A DNA stretch of 32,048 nt from Callorhinchus milii (lineage: Eukaryota): the NCBI RefSeq assembly GCF_018977255.1, contig NW_024705606.1:1-32048 (forward strand). The letters are read 5' to 3'. Positions 10,389 to 20,580 of the stretch are shown here, piece after piece. The notes under the pieces are model-generated. The model made no database searches and was not told the DNA's origin. It was given only the letters and a program-made list of their open reading frames with translations. A program made the position numbers and the translations under genes. How positions within the stretch are numbered: the first letter of the stretch is position 1; every line of letters starts with the position of its first letter.

Positions 10389-13300
10389 AGGGTGAGGGGT
10401 GGGCAGTGAGGGTGAAGGGTGGGCAGTGAGGGTGAGGGGCGGGCAGTGAGGGTGAGGGGCGGGCAGTGAGGGTGAAGGACGCCCAGTGAGGGTGAGGGGA
10501 GGCCAGTGAGGTGAGTGATGGGCAGTGAGGGTAAGGGGCGGGCAGTGAGGGTGAAGGGCGGGCGGTGAGGGTGAGGACCGGTCAGTGAGGGTGAGGGCCG
10601 GGTTGTGAGGGTGAAGGGCGGGCAGTGAGTGTGAGGGACGGGCAGTCGTGGTGAGGGGCGGGCAGTGAGGGTGAGGGGTGGGCAGTGAGGGTAAGGCGCA
10701 GGCAGCGACGGTGAGCGATGGGCCGTGAGGTGAGGGGCGGGTTGTGAGTGTGAGGGGCGGGTGGTGAGGGTGAGGAGCGGGCGGTGAGGGTGAGGGGCGA
10801 GCGGTGAGGGGCGGGCGTTGAGGGTGAGGTTGAGGGGCATGCACTGAGAGTGAAAGGCGGACGGTGAGGGTGAGGGGCGGGCAGTGAGTGTGAGGGGCGG
10901 GCAGTCGTGGTGAGGGGCGGGCAGTGAGGGTGAGGGGTGGGCAGTGAGGGTGTGGGTGAGGGGCGACAGTGAGGGTGAGGTGCAGGCAGTGAGGGTGAGG
11001 GGCGGACAGTGAGGGTTAGGGGCGGGTGGTGAGGGTGAGGAGCGGGCGGTGAGGGTGAGGGGCGAGCGGTGAGGGGCGGGCGTTGAGGTTGAGGTTGAGG
11101 GGCATGCAGTGAGAGTGAAAGGCGGACGGTGAGGGTGAGGGGCGGGCAGTGAGTGTGAGGGGCGGGCGGTGAGGGTGAGGTGCAGGCGGTGATGGTGAGG
11201 GGCGGTGAGGGTGAGAGACGGGCAGTCGGGTTGAGTGGCGGGCAGTGAGGGTGAGGGGTGGGCAGTGAGGGAGAGGGGCTGGCGCTGAGGATGAGGCGTA
11301 GGCAGCGAGGGTGAGGGGCGGGCCGTGAGGTGAGGGTGAGGGGCGGGCAGTGTGGGTGAGGGGCAGGTAGCGAGGGTGAGAGGCGGGCAATGAGGGTGAG
11401 AGGCGGGCAGTGAGGGTGAGGTGCGGGCAGTGAGGTGAGGGTGAATGGCGGGCAGTGTGGGTGAGGGGCAGGCAGCGAGCGTGAGTGGCGGGCAGTGAGG
11501 GTGAGGTGCGGGCAGTGAGGTGAGTTTCGGGCTTTGTGGGTGAGGGGCGAGCAGTGAGGGTGAAGGGCGGGCCGTGAGGGTGAGGGGTGGGCAGTGAGCG
11601 CGAGGAGCGGGCAGTGTGGGTGAGAGACGGTCAGTGAGGGTAAGGGGCGGGCAGTGAGGGTGAAGGGCGGGCGGTGAGGGTGAGGGGCTGGCGGTGAGGG
11701 TGAGGACCGGTCAGTGAGGGTGAGGGGCGGTTGTGAGGGTGAGGGGCGGGCAGTCGTGGTGAGGGTCGGGCAGTGAGGGTGAGGGGTGGGCAGTGAGGGT
11801 GTGGGTGAGGGGCGAGCAGTGAGGGTGAAGGGCGGGCAGTGTGGGTGAGGGGCGACAGTGAGGGTGAGGTGCAGGCAGTGAGGTTGAGGGGCGGGCAGTG
11901 AAGGTGAGGGGCGGGCTGTGAGGGATGAGGGGCGGGCGGTGAGGGTGAGGAGCGGGGGGTGAGTGTGAGGGGCGGGCGGTGAGGGGCGGGTGGTGAGGGT
12001 GAGGTTGAGGGGCGTGCAGTGAGGGTGAAGGGCGGACGGTGAGGGTGAGGGACGGGCAGTGAGTGTGAGGAGCGGGCAGTGAGGGTGAGGTGCAGGCGGT
12101 GATGGTGAAGGGCGGGCGGTGACTTTGAAGGGCGGGCGGTGAGGGTTAAGGGTGGTCGGTGAGGGTGAGGGGCGGCGGTGAGGGTGAGGGGCGGGCGGTG
12201 AGGGTGAAGGGCAGGCGGTGAGGGTGAGAGGCGGGCATTCGGGTTGAGTGGCGGGCAGTGAGGGTGAGGGGCTGGCACTGAGGATGAGGCGCAGGCAGCG
12301 AGGGTGAGGGGCGGGCAGTGAGGTGAGGGTGAGTGGCGGGCAGTGTGGGTGAGGGGCAGGCAGCGAGCGTGAAAGGTGGGCAGTGAGGGTGAGGGGGCGG
12401 GTTGTGAGGGTGAGTGGCGCGCAGTGAGGGTGAGGGGCTGGGGGCGGGGTGAGGGGCGGGCAGTGAGGGTGAGGTGCGGGCAGTGAGGTGTGTGTGAGTG
12501 TCGGGCTTTGTGTGTGAGGGGCGAGCAGTGAGGGTGAAGGGCGGGCAGTGTGCGTGAGGGGAGAGAGTGAGGTGCAGGCAGTGAAGGTGAGGGGCGGTGA
12601 GGGTGAGGAGCGGGCGGTGAGAGTGAGGGGCGAGCGGTGAGGGGCGAAGGTGAGGGTGAGGGGCGGGCGGTGAGGGTGAGGTGTGGGCGGTGAGGGTGAG
12701 GGGCGAGCCGTGAGGGTGAGTGGCGAGCAGTGAGGGTAAGGGTCAGGCTGTGTGGGTGAGGGGCCTTCAGTGAGGGTGAGGGGTCCGCAGTGAGGGTGAG
12801 GGCTGGTCAGTGTGGGTGAGGGGTGGGTTGTGATGGTGAGGGGCGGGCAGTAAGTGGGCGGGGCGGGCAGTCGGGGTGAGGGGCGGGGAGTGAGGGTGAG
12901 GGATGGGCAGTGAGACTGAAGGGTGGGCATTGGGAATGAGGGGTGGCCAGCGAGGGTCAATAGCGGGCAGTGGGTTTGAGGGGCGGGCAGTGAGGGTGAG
13001 GTGCTGGCTGTGAGGGATAGGGGCGGGCGGTGAGGTTGAGGGGCGGGCGGTGAGGCTGAGGGGCGGGCAGTGAGTGTGAGGGGCGGGCAGTGAGTGTGAG
13101 GGGCGGGCAGTGAGGGTGAGGGGCGGGCTGCGAGGGTGAGGGGCCGGCAGTGAGGGTTAGGACCGGTCAGTGAGGGTGAGGGGCGGGTTGTGAGGGTGAG
13201 TAGCGGGCAGTGAGTGTGAGGGGCGGGCAGTGATGGTGAGGGTGAGGGGCGGGCACTGAGGGTAAGGCGCAGGCAGCGAGGGTGAGGGGCAGGCAGTGAG

Positions 13301-16300
13301 GTAAGGGTGAGGGGCGGGCAATGTGGTTCAGGGGCAGGCAGCGAGGTTGAGGGGCGTGCAGTGAGGGTGAGGGGTGAGCAGTGAGGGTGCGGGGAGGGCA
13401 GTGAGGGTGAGGGGCGGGCAGTGAGTGTGAGGGTCGGGGGTGAGGGTGAGGTGTGGGCGGTGAGGGGCGGCAGTGTGGGTGATGGTGAATGGCAGGCAGT
13501 GAGATTGAGCGGCGGGCAGTCAGGGTGAGGGGCGGCCAGTGAGGGTGAGGTTCGTGCAGTGAGGGTGAGGGGCAGGCAGCGAGGGTGAGGGGCGGGCAAT
13601 CGGGGTGAGGGGCGGGCATTGAGGGTGAGGGGTGGGCAGTGAGGGTGAGACAAAGGCAGCGAGTGTGAGGGTCGTGCAGTGAGGTGAGGGTGAGGGGCAG
13701 GCAGTTTGGGTGAGGGGCAGGCAGCGAGGGTGAGGCGCGGGCGGTAAGGGTTATGGGCGTGCGTTGAGTGTGAGGTTGGGCGTTGAGGGTGGCGGGTGGT
13801 GAGGGAGGGGCGGGCGGTGAGGGTGAGAAGCGGGCAGTCGGGGTGAGGGACGGGCGGTGAGGGTGAGGGGCGGGCAGTGAGGGTGAGAGGCGGGCAGTCG
13901 GGGTGAGGGGCGTGCATTGACGGTGAGGGGCATGCAGTGAGAGTGAGGGGCCGGCAGTGAGGGTGAGGGGCGCGTTGTGAGTTTGAGGGGCTGGAAGTGA
14001 GTGTGAGCGACCGGCTGTCGGGTTGAGGGGCGGGCAGTGAGGGTGAGGGGTGGGCAGTGAGGGTGAGGGTGAGGGGCAGGCCGTGTGGATGTTGGTCGGG
14101 TAGTGAGGCTGAGGGGCTGGTAGTGAGGGTGATTTGAGGGCAGTGAGGTGAGGGTGAAGGGGTGGGCAGTCAGGGTGAGGGGCACGCATCGAGGGTGAGG
14201 GGCGGGCGGTGGGGTGAGGGGCGGGCGGTGAGGATGAGGGGCGAGTGGTGATGGTGAGGGGCGGGCAGTGAGGGTGAGGGGCGGGCAGTGAGGGGCGCCC
14301 AGTGAGGGTGAGGGGCGGACAGTGAGGGTGAGGGTTGGCCAGCGAGGGTCAATAGCGGGCAGTGGGGTTGAGGGGCGGGCAGTGAGGTGAGGGTTAGGGG
14401 CAGGCAGTTTGGGTGAGGGGCAGGCAGCGAGGGTGAGGGGCGGGCGGTAAGGGTTATGGGCGTGCGTTGAGTGTGAGGTTGGGCGTTGAGGGTGGCGGGC
14501 AGTGAGGGAGGGGAGGGCGGTGAAGGTGAGAAGCGGGCAGTCGGGGTGAGGGGCGGGCGGTGAGTGTGAGGGGCGGGCAGTGAGGGTGAGAGGCGGGCAG
14601 TCGGGGTGAGGGGCGTGCATTGAGGGTTAGGCGCATGCAGTGAGAGTGAGGGGCCGGCAGTGAGGGTGAGGGGCGGGTTGTGAGGTTGAGGGGCGGGCAG
14701 TGAGAGTGAGGGGTGTGCAGTGAGGGTGAGGGGCGGGCACTGAGTGTAAGGTGCAGGCAGTGTTGGTGAGGCGCAGACAGCGAGTGTGAGGGTCGTGCAG
14801 TGAGTTGAGGGTTAGGGGCAGGCAGTGTGGGTGAGGGGCGGGCAGTGAAGGTGAAGGGCAGGCGGTAAGTGTGCGGGGCGTGCGGTGAGGGTGAGGGGCG
14901 GGCGGTGAGGGTGAGGGGAAAGCGGTGAGGGTGAGGGGCGGGTGGTAAGGGTTATGGGCAGGCGGTGAGTGTGAGGTACGGGCGGTGATGTTGAGGGGCA
15001 GGCAGCGAGGGTGAGGGGCGGACAGTGAAGATGAAGGGCGGGCAGTGAGTGTGAGGGGCGTGCGGTGAGTGGCGGGCGGTGAGGGTGAGGGGCAGGCGGT
15101 GAGGGTGAGGGGCGGGCGGTGAAGGTGAGGGGCGGGCGGTGAGGGTGAGGGACGGGCGTTGAGGTTGAGGGGTGGGCGGTGAGGGTGAGGGGCGGGCGGT
15201 GAGGGTGAGAGGTGGGCAGTCGGGGTGAAGGGCGGGCGTTGCGGGTGAGGGGCGGGCGGTCAGAGTTATGGGCGTGCGGTGAGTGTGAAGGGCGGGCGGT
15301 GAGGGTGAGGGGCGGGCGGTGAGGGTGAGAAGCGGACAGTCGGGGTGAGGGGCGGGCATTGACGGTGATGGGTGGGCAGTGAGGGTGAGGCGCAGGCAGC
15401 GACTGTGAGGGGCGTGCAGTGAGGTGAGGGCGAAAGGCAGGCAGTGTGGGTGAAGGGCAGGCAGCGAGGATGAGGGGCGGGCAGTGAGGGTGAAGGGCGG
15501 GCCGTGAGGTTGAGGGTGGTGAGTGTGAGGGGCGGGCACTGAGGGTGAGGGCGGGCGGTGACGGTGAGGGGTGGGTGGTAAGGGTATTGGGCGGGCGGTG
15601 AGTGTGAGGGGCGGGCGGTGAGGGTGAGGGGCGGGCGCTGAGGGTGAGGGGCGGGCGGTGAGGTTGAGGGGCGGGCGGTAAGGGTTATGGGCGTGCGGTA
15701 AGGGGCGGGCGGTGAGGGTGAGGGCGGGCAGTGAGTTTCAGAGGCGGGCAGTGAGGGTGAGGGGCGGGCAGTGTGGGTGAGAGGCGGGCTGTGAAGTTTA
15801 GGGGTGGGCAGTGAGTGTGAAGGGCGGGCGGTGAGGGTGAGGGGCGGGCGGTGAGGGTGAGGTCGAGCGGTGAGGGTGAGGGGCGGTCGCTGAGGATGAG
15901 GGGCGGGCGGTGGGGGTGAGGGGCGAGCGATAAGGGTTATGGGCGTGCGGTGAGGGTGACGGGTGGGCGGTGAGGGTGAGGGGCGGGCGGTGAGGGTGAG
16001 GGGTGGGTGGTAAGGGTATTGGGCGGCGGTGAGTGTGAGGTCGGCGGTGAGGGTGAGGGGCGGGCGGTGAGGTTGAGGGGCGGGCGGTAAGGGTTATGGG
16101 CGTGAGGTGAGGGCCGGGCGGTGAGGGTGAGGGGCGGGCAGTGAGTTTGAGAGGCGGGCAGTGAGGGTGAGGGGCGGGCGGTGAGGGTGAGGGGCGGGCA
16201 GTGAATGTGAGGGGCGGTCGAGCGGCGGGCAGTGAGTGTGAGGGGTGGGTGGTGATGGTGAGAGGTGGGTGGTAATGGTGAGAGGCGGGCAGTGAAGATG

Positions 16301-17534
16301 AGTTGCGGGCAGTGAGTGTGATGGGCGGGCAGTGAGGGTGAGGGGCAGGTGGTGAGGGTGCGGGGTGGGCAGTTAAGTTGAGGGGCGGGCAGTGAGAGTG
16401 AGGTGCGGGCAGTGAGTGTGAGAGGCGGGCAGTGAGGCTGAGGGGCAGGCAGTGACGGTGACGGGCGGGTGGTGAGGGTGAGGGGCGAGTGTTAAAGATG
16501 ATGGGCGGGTGGTGAGCGTGAGTGGCGGGCAGTGAGCCTGAGGGGCTGGCAGTGAGGGTGAGGGGCGGGCACTGAGGGCGAGGGTAGGGCAGTGAGGGTG
16601 AGGGGCGCGCAGTGAGGGTGAGGGGCGGGCAGTGAGGGTGAGGGGCGGGCAGTGCAGGTGAGGAGCGGACAGTGAAGGTGAGAGTCGGGCAGTGAGTGTG
16701 AGGGGCTGGTAGTGAGGGTGATAGGCGTGCAGTGAGGATGAGTGGCAGGCAGTGTGGGTGCGGGTGAGGGGCCATCAGTGAGGATGAGGGTGAGGGGCAG
16801 ATAGTGAGGGTGAGGGCAGGCAGTGAGGGTGATGGGCACGCAGTGAGGGTAAGGGGCGGGTAGTGATCGAGAGGGGCGTGTAGTGAGGGGAGGGCAGTGA
16901 GGGTAATGGGCGGGCAGTGAGGGGCGGGCAGTGAGATAGAGAGGCGGGCAGTGAGGGTGAGGGGCGGGCACTGAGGGTGCGGGTAGGGCAGTGAGGGTGA
17001 GGGGCACGCAGTGAGTGTGAGGGGGGGCAGTGGGAGTGACTGGCGGGCAGTGAGGGTCGGGCAGTGAGGGTGAGGGTGAGGGGCAGCCAATGAAAATGAG
17101 GGGCAGGCAGCGAGTGTGAGTTGAGGGCAGTAAGGTGAGAGTGAGGGCAGGGCAGTCAGGGTGAGGGGCACGCAGCGAGGGTGAGGGGCACGCAGCGAGG
17201 GTGAGGGGCGTGCAGTGAGGCTGAGGGGCGGGAAGTGAGGGTGAGGGGCGGGCAGTGAGGTTGAGGGGCGGGCAGTGAGAATGAGGGGCAGGCAGTGTTT
17301 GTGAAGGGTGGGCAGTGAGGGTGAGGCTCGGGCAGTGAGGGTGAGGGGCGGGCAGTGAGGGTGAGGGGCTGGCAGTGAGGGTGATGGGCATGCAGTGAGG
17401 ATGAGTGGCAGGCAGTGTGGGTGAGGGTGAGGGGCAGATAGTGAGGGTGAGGGGCGGGCAGTGAGGCTGAGGGCCGGGCAGTGAGGGGTCAGAGTGGTAA
17501 TGACTTGCCAGGTTATACACTGAGCCCTGTGCTG

Positions 17535-17970
17535 CCAAGGTCACGCTTGGCCCGCTCGGGCTCTCCAAGTCTGGGCTCTGGCAGCCGGTGCCTAATACAG
17601 CACGGAATTAGATAAGCAGAATATGTCCCTCCAGGGACAGCGCGAGAGAGCGAGAGAGAGAGCGCATTCTATTCCAACAATGTGTCTCTGGGATGTCCAG
17701 GTGTGGGGGGGATGTGGGTAATTCTCAGTTGGGTTTGGAGACTCTAAAGCAACGGTGATGGGTTTCCGTGTGTGTCAGACAATAAGAATATCAGCCACTG
17801 ATTTCACCCCATCCCCGGAATCTCACATATTGGACTTGCACCTGTAGAACATCACGGTGGCCGACACCTCACCAGCCGCCCTGTAAAGGTCCTCTCACCT
17901 TCCTGAAGGCAGGTGTCCGTCTGATAGCTGCGGAGGAAGCTCTGAGGCTTGGGGTGGGGGGTCACAGCTG
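17535..17970. promoter_or_regulatory. Possible intronic muscle-type cis-regulatory cluster
   Basis: CCAAGGTCA (ERR/NR5A-type extended half-site, 17535-17543), AGATAAG (GATA, 17610-17616), CAGGTG/CACCTG boxes and CAGCTG (17965-17970), all in the unique island at the end of intron 1. Motif match only. Confidence 0.25.
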
Positions 17971-18134
17971 CTGGAGGGCGTTACCTGGATCCTCCAACTG
18001 GGGGCCCCATCGCTCAGTGGGAAGGGACATGTTTCCAGGGTAAATGGGTGACAAAGGACCTCTGAAATTCCCAGCAGGAAAGGGAGGGGAGTCTGCTTAC
18101 CTACAATGTTGAGTTGGTGTTTATGTCTCTACAG

Positions 18135-18185
18135 AACAAGGTCAAGAACTTCCTGCCCCCAACTCCACCCCAGCCGCAGAAGCAG
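18135..18185 (+). CDS. MYBPC: MyBP-C family gene, probable exon 2, Pro/Ala-rich linker (EQGQELPAPNSTPAAEA), 51 nt, phase 1-1
   Basis: Acceptor ttatgtctctacag| and donor CAG|gtattg. Length is a multiple of 3, the frame is open, and the Pro/Ala content fits the MyBP-C PA region. There is no direct homology, so support is splice signals plus composition. Confidence 0.6.
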
Positions 18186-18201
18186 GTATTGAGCAGCTTG
18201 A

Positions 18202-19073
18202 CCCCTTCCCCCCACCTCGCTCCCTCCCCTCCTCCCACCTCACTCCCTCCGCCCCCACCTTGCTCCCTCCCCTTCCCCCCACCTCGTTCCCTCCCCTCCC
18301 CTCCCTCAAACTCCCTCCCTCTCCTCCCCACCACCTCGTTCCCTCCCCTCCCTCAAACTCCCTCCCCTCCCCTCCCCACCACCTCACTCCCTCCGCCCCC
18401 ACCTCACTCCCTCCCCTCCTCCCACCTCGCTCCCTCCCCTCCTCCCAAACTCACTCCCTCCACTCCCCCCACCTCACTCCCTCCCCGCCACCTCACCTCG
18501 CTCCAAGCCCTCCCCCCACCTCATTCCCTCCCCTCCCCCCCCCCACCTCGCTCCCTTTCCTTCCCCCCACCTTGCTCCCTCTCCTTCCCCCTCCTCGCTC
18601 CCTCACTCCCCCCCACCTCACTCCCTCCCCCCCACCTCACTCCCTCCCCCCCCCCCACCTCGCTCCCTCCCCTCCCCCCCTAACTCACTCCCTCCCCTCC
18701 CCCCACCTCACTCCCTTCCCTCCCCCACCTTGCTCCCTCCCCTCCCCCAAACTCACTCCCTCCCTTCCCCCCCACCTCACTCCCTTACCTCCCCCCACCT
18801 CGCTCCCTCCCCTCCCCCCAAACTCACTCACTCCCTCCCCTCCCCCCCACCTCACTCCCTTCCCTCCCCCACCTCGCTCCCTCCCCTCCCCCCTAACTCA
18901 CTCCCTCCCTTCACCCCCACCTCACTCCCTTACCTCCCCCCACCTCGCTCCCTCCCTTCCCCCAAACTCACTCCCTCCCCTCCACCTCACCTCGCTCCCA
19001 GCCCTCCCCCCACCTCATTTCCTCCCCTCCGACCCCACCTCACTCCCTCCCCTCCCCCCACCTCCCTCCTCCC
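18202..19073. repeat. C-rich polypyrimidine minisatellite (~20-24 bp, CCCCCCACCTCACTCCCTCCCCT)
   Basis: Recurrent CCACCTCACTCCCT, CCACCTCGCTCCCT and AAACTCACTCCCT units fill intron 2. Confidence 0.93.
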
Positions 19074-19168
19074 TGACTCGCTGTCTCTCCCTGCCCCTGT
19101 CTCTTCTCTATCTCTTGTCTTTTGTTCACAGTTTCTACCATTCACCAGTCTGCAATTGTCTTTATCAG

Positions 19169-19285
19169 TGCCCGATGTTGGAGAGGGGGCCCCTGGCACA
19201 GAGAGGGCCCCAAGTGATGGCATCACTGCACTGGATGCCAACAGCTTGTTCCTGGAGAAGCCTCAGTCTGCAACAATGAACGTGG
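19169..19285 (+). CDS. MYBPC: MyBP-C family gene exon: end of PA region and start of Ig domain C1 (VPDVGEGAPG...NSLFLEKPQSATMNV), 117 nt, phase 1-1
   Basis: Acceptor tctttatcag| and donor GTGG|gtaagg. LFLEKPQSATMNVG resembles MYBPC1 LFIEKPQGGTVKVG. The 5' boundary is less certain because of an alternative AG at 19130-19131. Confidence 0.85.
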
Positions 19286-19786
19286 GTAAGGTCAGGGAGG
19301 GCCATGCACACGGAGTCAACCCCATTTATTGCTCTTCTCTGGCTCCTCTCCAGCATTTCACAATAACAGCACCATTTCAACCCCCCCATAATCCCACAAT
19401 CTGATCCCCAGCCTCAGTCGTACAATCTAATCACTCAACTCCATGACGGCATTCCTTCAGCCCTTTGTCACAGTCTCGTTCCAGTCCCCGAGCCAGGAGG
19501 GGCCGCAGTGTCCCAGGCCACTCACTGCTATTGACAGTACAGCCCGGCCTGGCTCAGCAGCAGGACCTGGAAGGGCCGACCTGTCCCTGGGGGCAGGGAA
19601 TCCTCCCCGTCAGCTCTTGATAACCCCACAGCCAAAGCCCTAACTAACTAACGGGGAGGGGGGTCCTGGCTGGACAAGCAGCGGTAAAGCTTGTCAGACA
19701 ATGATATCAATGGCCAGGCTATGTGCCCTGAGTCCTCACTGTGAACTCCAGCAATTACCTCAATGCACACTCTGGGGTCCCCAAAC

Positions 19787-19884
19787 CTGTGTTGGGGGAG
19801 GGGGTGATGGCTGAGGCTGTGTTGGGGGAGGGGGTGATGGCTGAGGCTGTGTTGGTGGGGGGTTGGGTGATGGCTGAGGCTGTG
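19787..19884. repeat. 30-bp tandem repeat, ~3 copies (CTGTGTTGGGGGAGGGGGTGATGGCTGAGG)
   Basis: Two identical copies plus one variant, ending about 15 nt before the acceptor at 19898-19899. Confidence 0.9.
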
Positions 19885-19899
19885 ATGCTCTGCTGTCAG

Positions 19900-20048
19900 G
19901 GGAGGACATCACATTCACGGTGAGGACTCAGGGCACCAACATCCTGAAGAAGCCGACCGTGCGCTGGTTCAAGGGCAAGTGGCTGGACCTGGCCAGCAAG
20001 AGCGGCAAAAACCTACAGCTCAGAGAGACATACGACCGCAACAGCAAG
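19900..20048 (+). CDS. MYBPC: MyBP-C Ig domain C1 exon ([50 protein letters not shown]), 149 nt
   Basis: ctgtcag| ... AAG|gtatgc. Carries the diagnostic WFKGKWxDLxSK motif. 149 nt equals human MYBPC3 exon 5 (c.506-654, from memory). Confidence 0.96.
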
Positions 20049-20240
20049 GTATGCCCCGGCCCCTACCCAGGGTATGCCCCGGTCCCCGCCCCACCCAGGG
20101 TACGCCCCGCCCTGCACCCAGGGTACGCCCCGCCCCGCACCCAGGGTACGCCCCGCCCCCCACCCCACCCAGGGTACGCCCCGCCCCCACCCAGGGTACA
20201 CCCCGCCCCGCCCCCCACCTAGGCTTCGCCCCGCCCCCGC
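20049..20240. repeat. ~23-28-bp minisatellite (CCCAGGGTACGCCCCGCCCCGCA) filling intron 4
   Basis: GTAYGC/GTACAC cores at 20049, 20072, 20100, 20123, 20146, 20174 and 20196. Confidence 0.92.
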
Positions 20241-20264
20241 TGATGCCTGCTCTCTGTTTGGCAG

Positions 20265-20382
20265 ATCTTCACCTTCGAGATGCAGATTATTTCAGCTAAA
20301 ATCAACTACACCGGCAGCTACCGCTGTCAGCTTACAAACCGGGACATGATTGACAGCTGTAACTTCCAGCTGACTGTACTGG
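20265..20382 (+). CDS. MYBPC: MyBP-C Ig domain C1 second exon (IFTFEMQIISAKINYTGSYRCQLTNRDMIDSCNFQLTVL), 118 nt
   Basis: ctctgtttggcag| ... CTGG|gtgagc. FEMQII, G-x-YRC and DSCNF motifs. 118 nt equals MYBPC3 exon 6, ending in the split Glu codon equivalent to E258. Confidence 0.96.
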
Positions 20383-20580
20383 GTGAGCAAAATTATCGCC
20401 CCCAATGGGGTAAATGTTCACTGTCTGTCCACACTCCCACATCAACAACAATTTACATTGATATGAGTCCAGGGTCCACCCCGCCCCCACCCAGAGTTTG
20501 TAGTTTCCCCGCTCAAATCCTTCACTGTCTAGCGCCTTGGGATGTCCTCCCACCATGAAGCACTATAGAAATGTAAATTT

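Larger units (their letters stand above)
2265..17488. repeat. ~15 kb G-rich satellite, 20-bp unit GAGGGTGAGGGGCGGGCAGT, with higher-order blocks
   Basis: The unit is readable throughout, roughly 700+ copies by length/20. Interrupted at 4841-5040 and 10003-10388. Many CpG-transition variants (GGGTGGGC, GGCAGGC). Confidence 0.97.

Noticed and set aside
2265..17488. Interstitial telomeric repeat or true immunoglobulin switch region
   Set aside because: TTAGGG occurs only as rare single variants, AGCT motifs are scarce and no Ig genes are present.
2020..17568. Many long minus-strand Pro/His/Thr-rich ORFs (up to 1111 aa)
   Set aside because: They are translations of a stop-poor 20-bp unit in all three frames, with no domains or exon structure.
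17848..17912. Possible exon after cctgtag (NITVADTSPAAL...)
   Set aside because: There are stops in both phase 0 and phase 1 before a credible donor, and the acceptor is weak.
1182..19168. Cardiac-specific C0 Ig domain exon
   Set aside because: No unique stretch encodes an Ig-like sequence, so I did not call MYBPC3.
18114..19168. Extensin-like Pro-rich ORFs
   Set aside because: They come from a C-rich intronic repeat that is open in several frames. Only the flanking exons have splice support.
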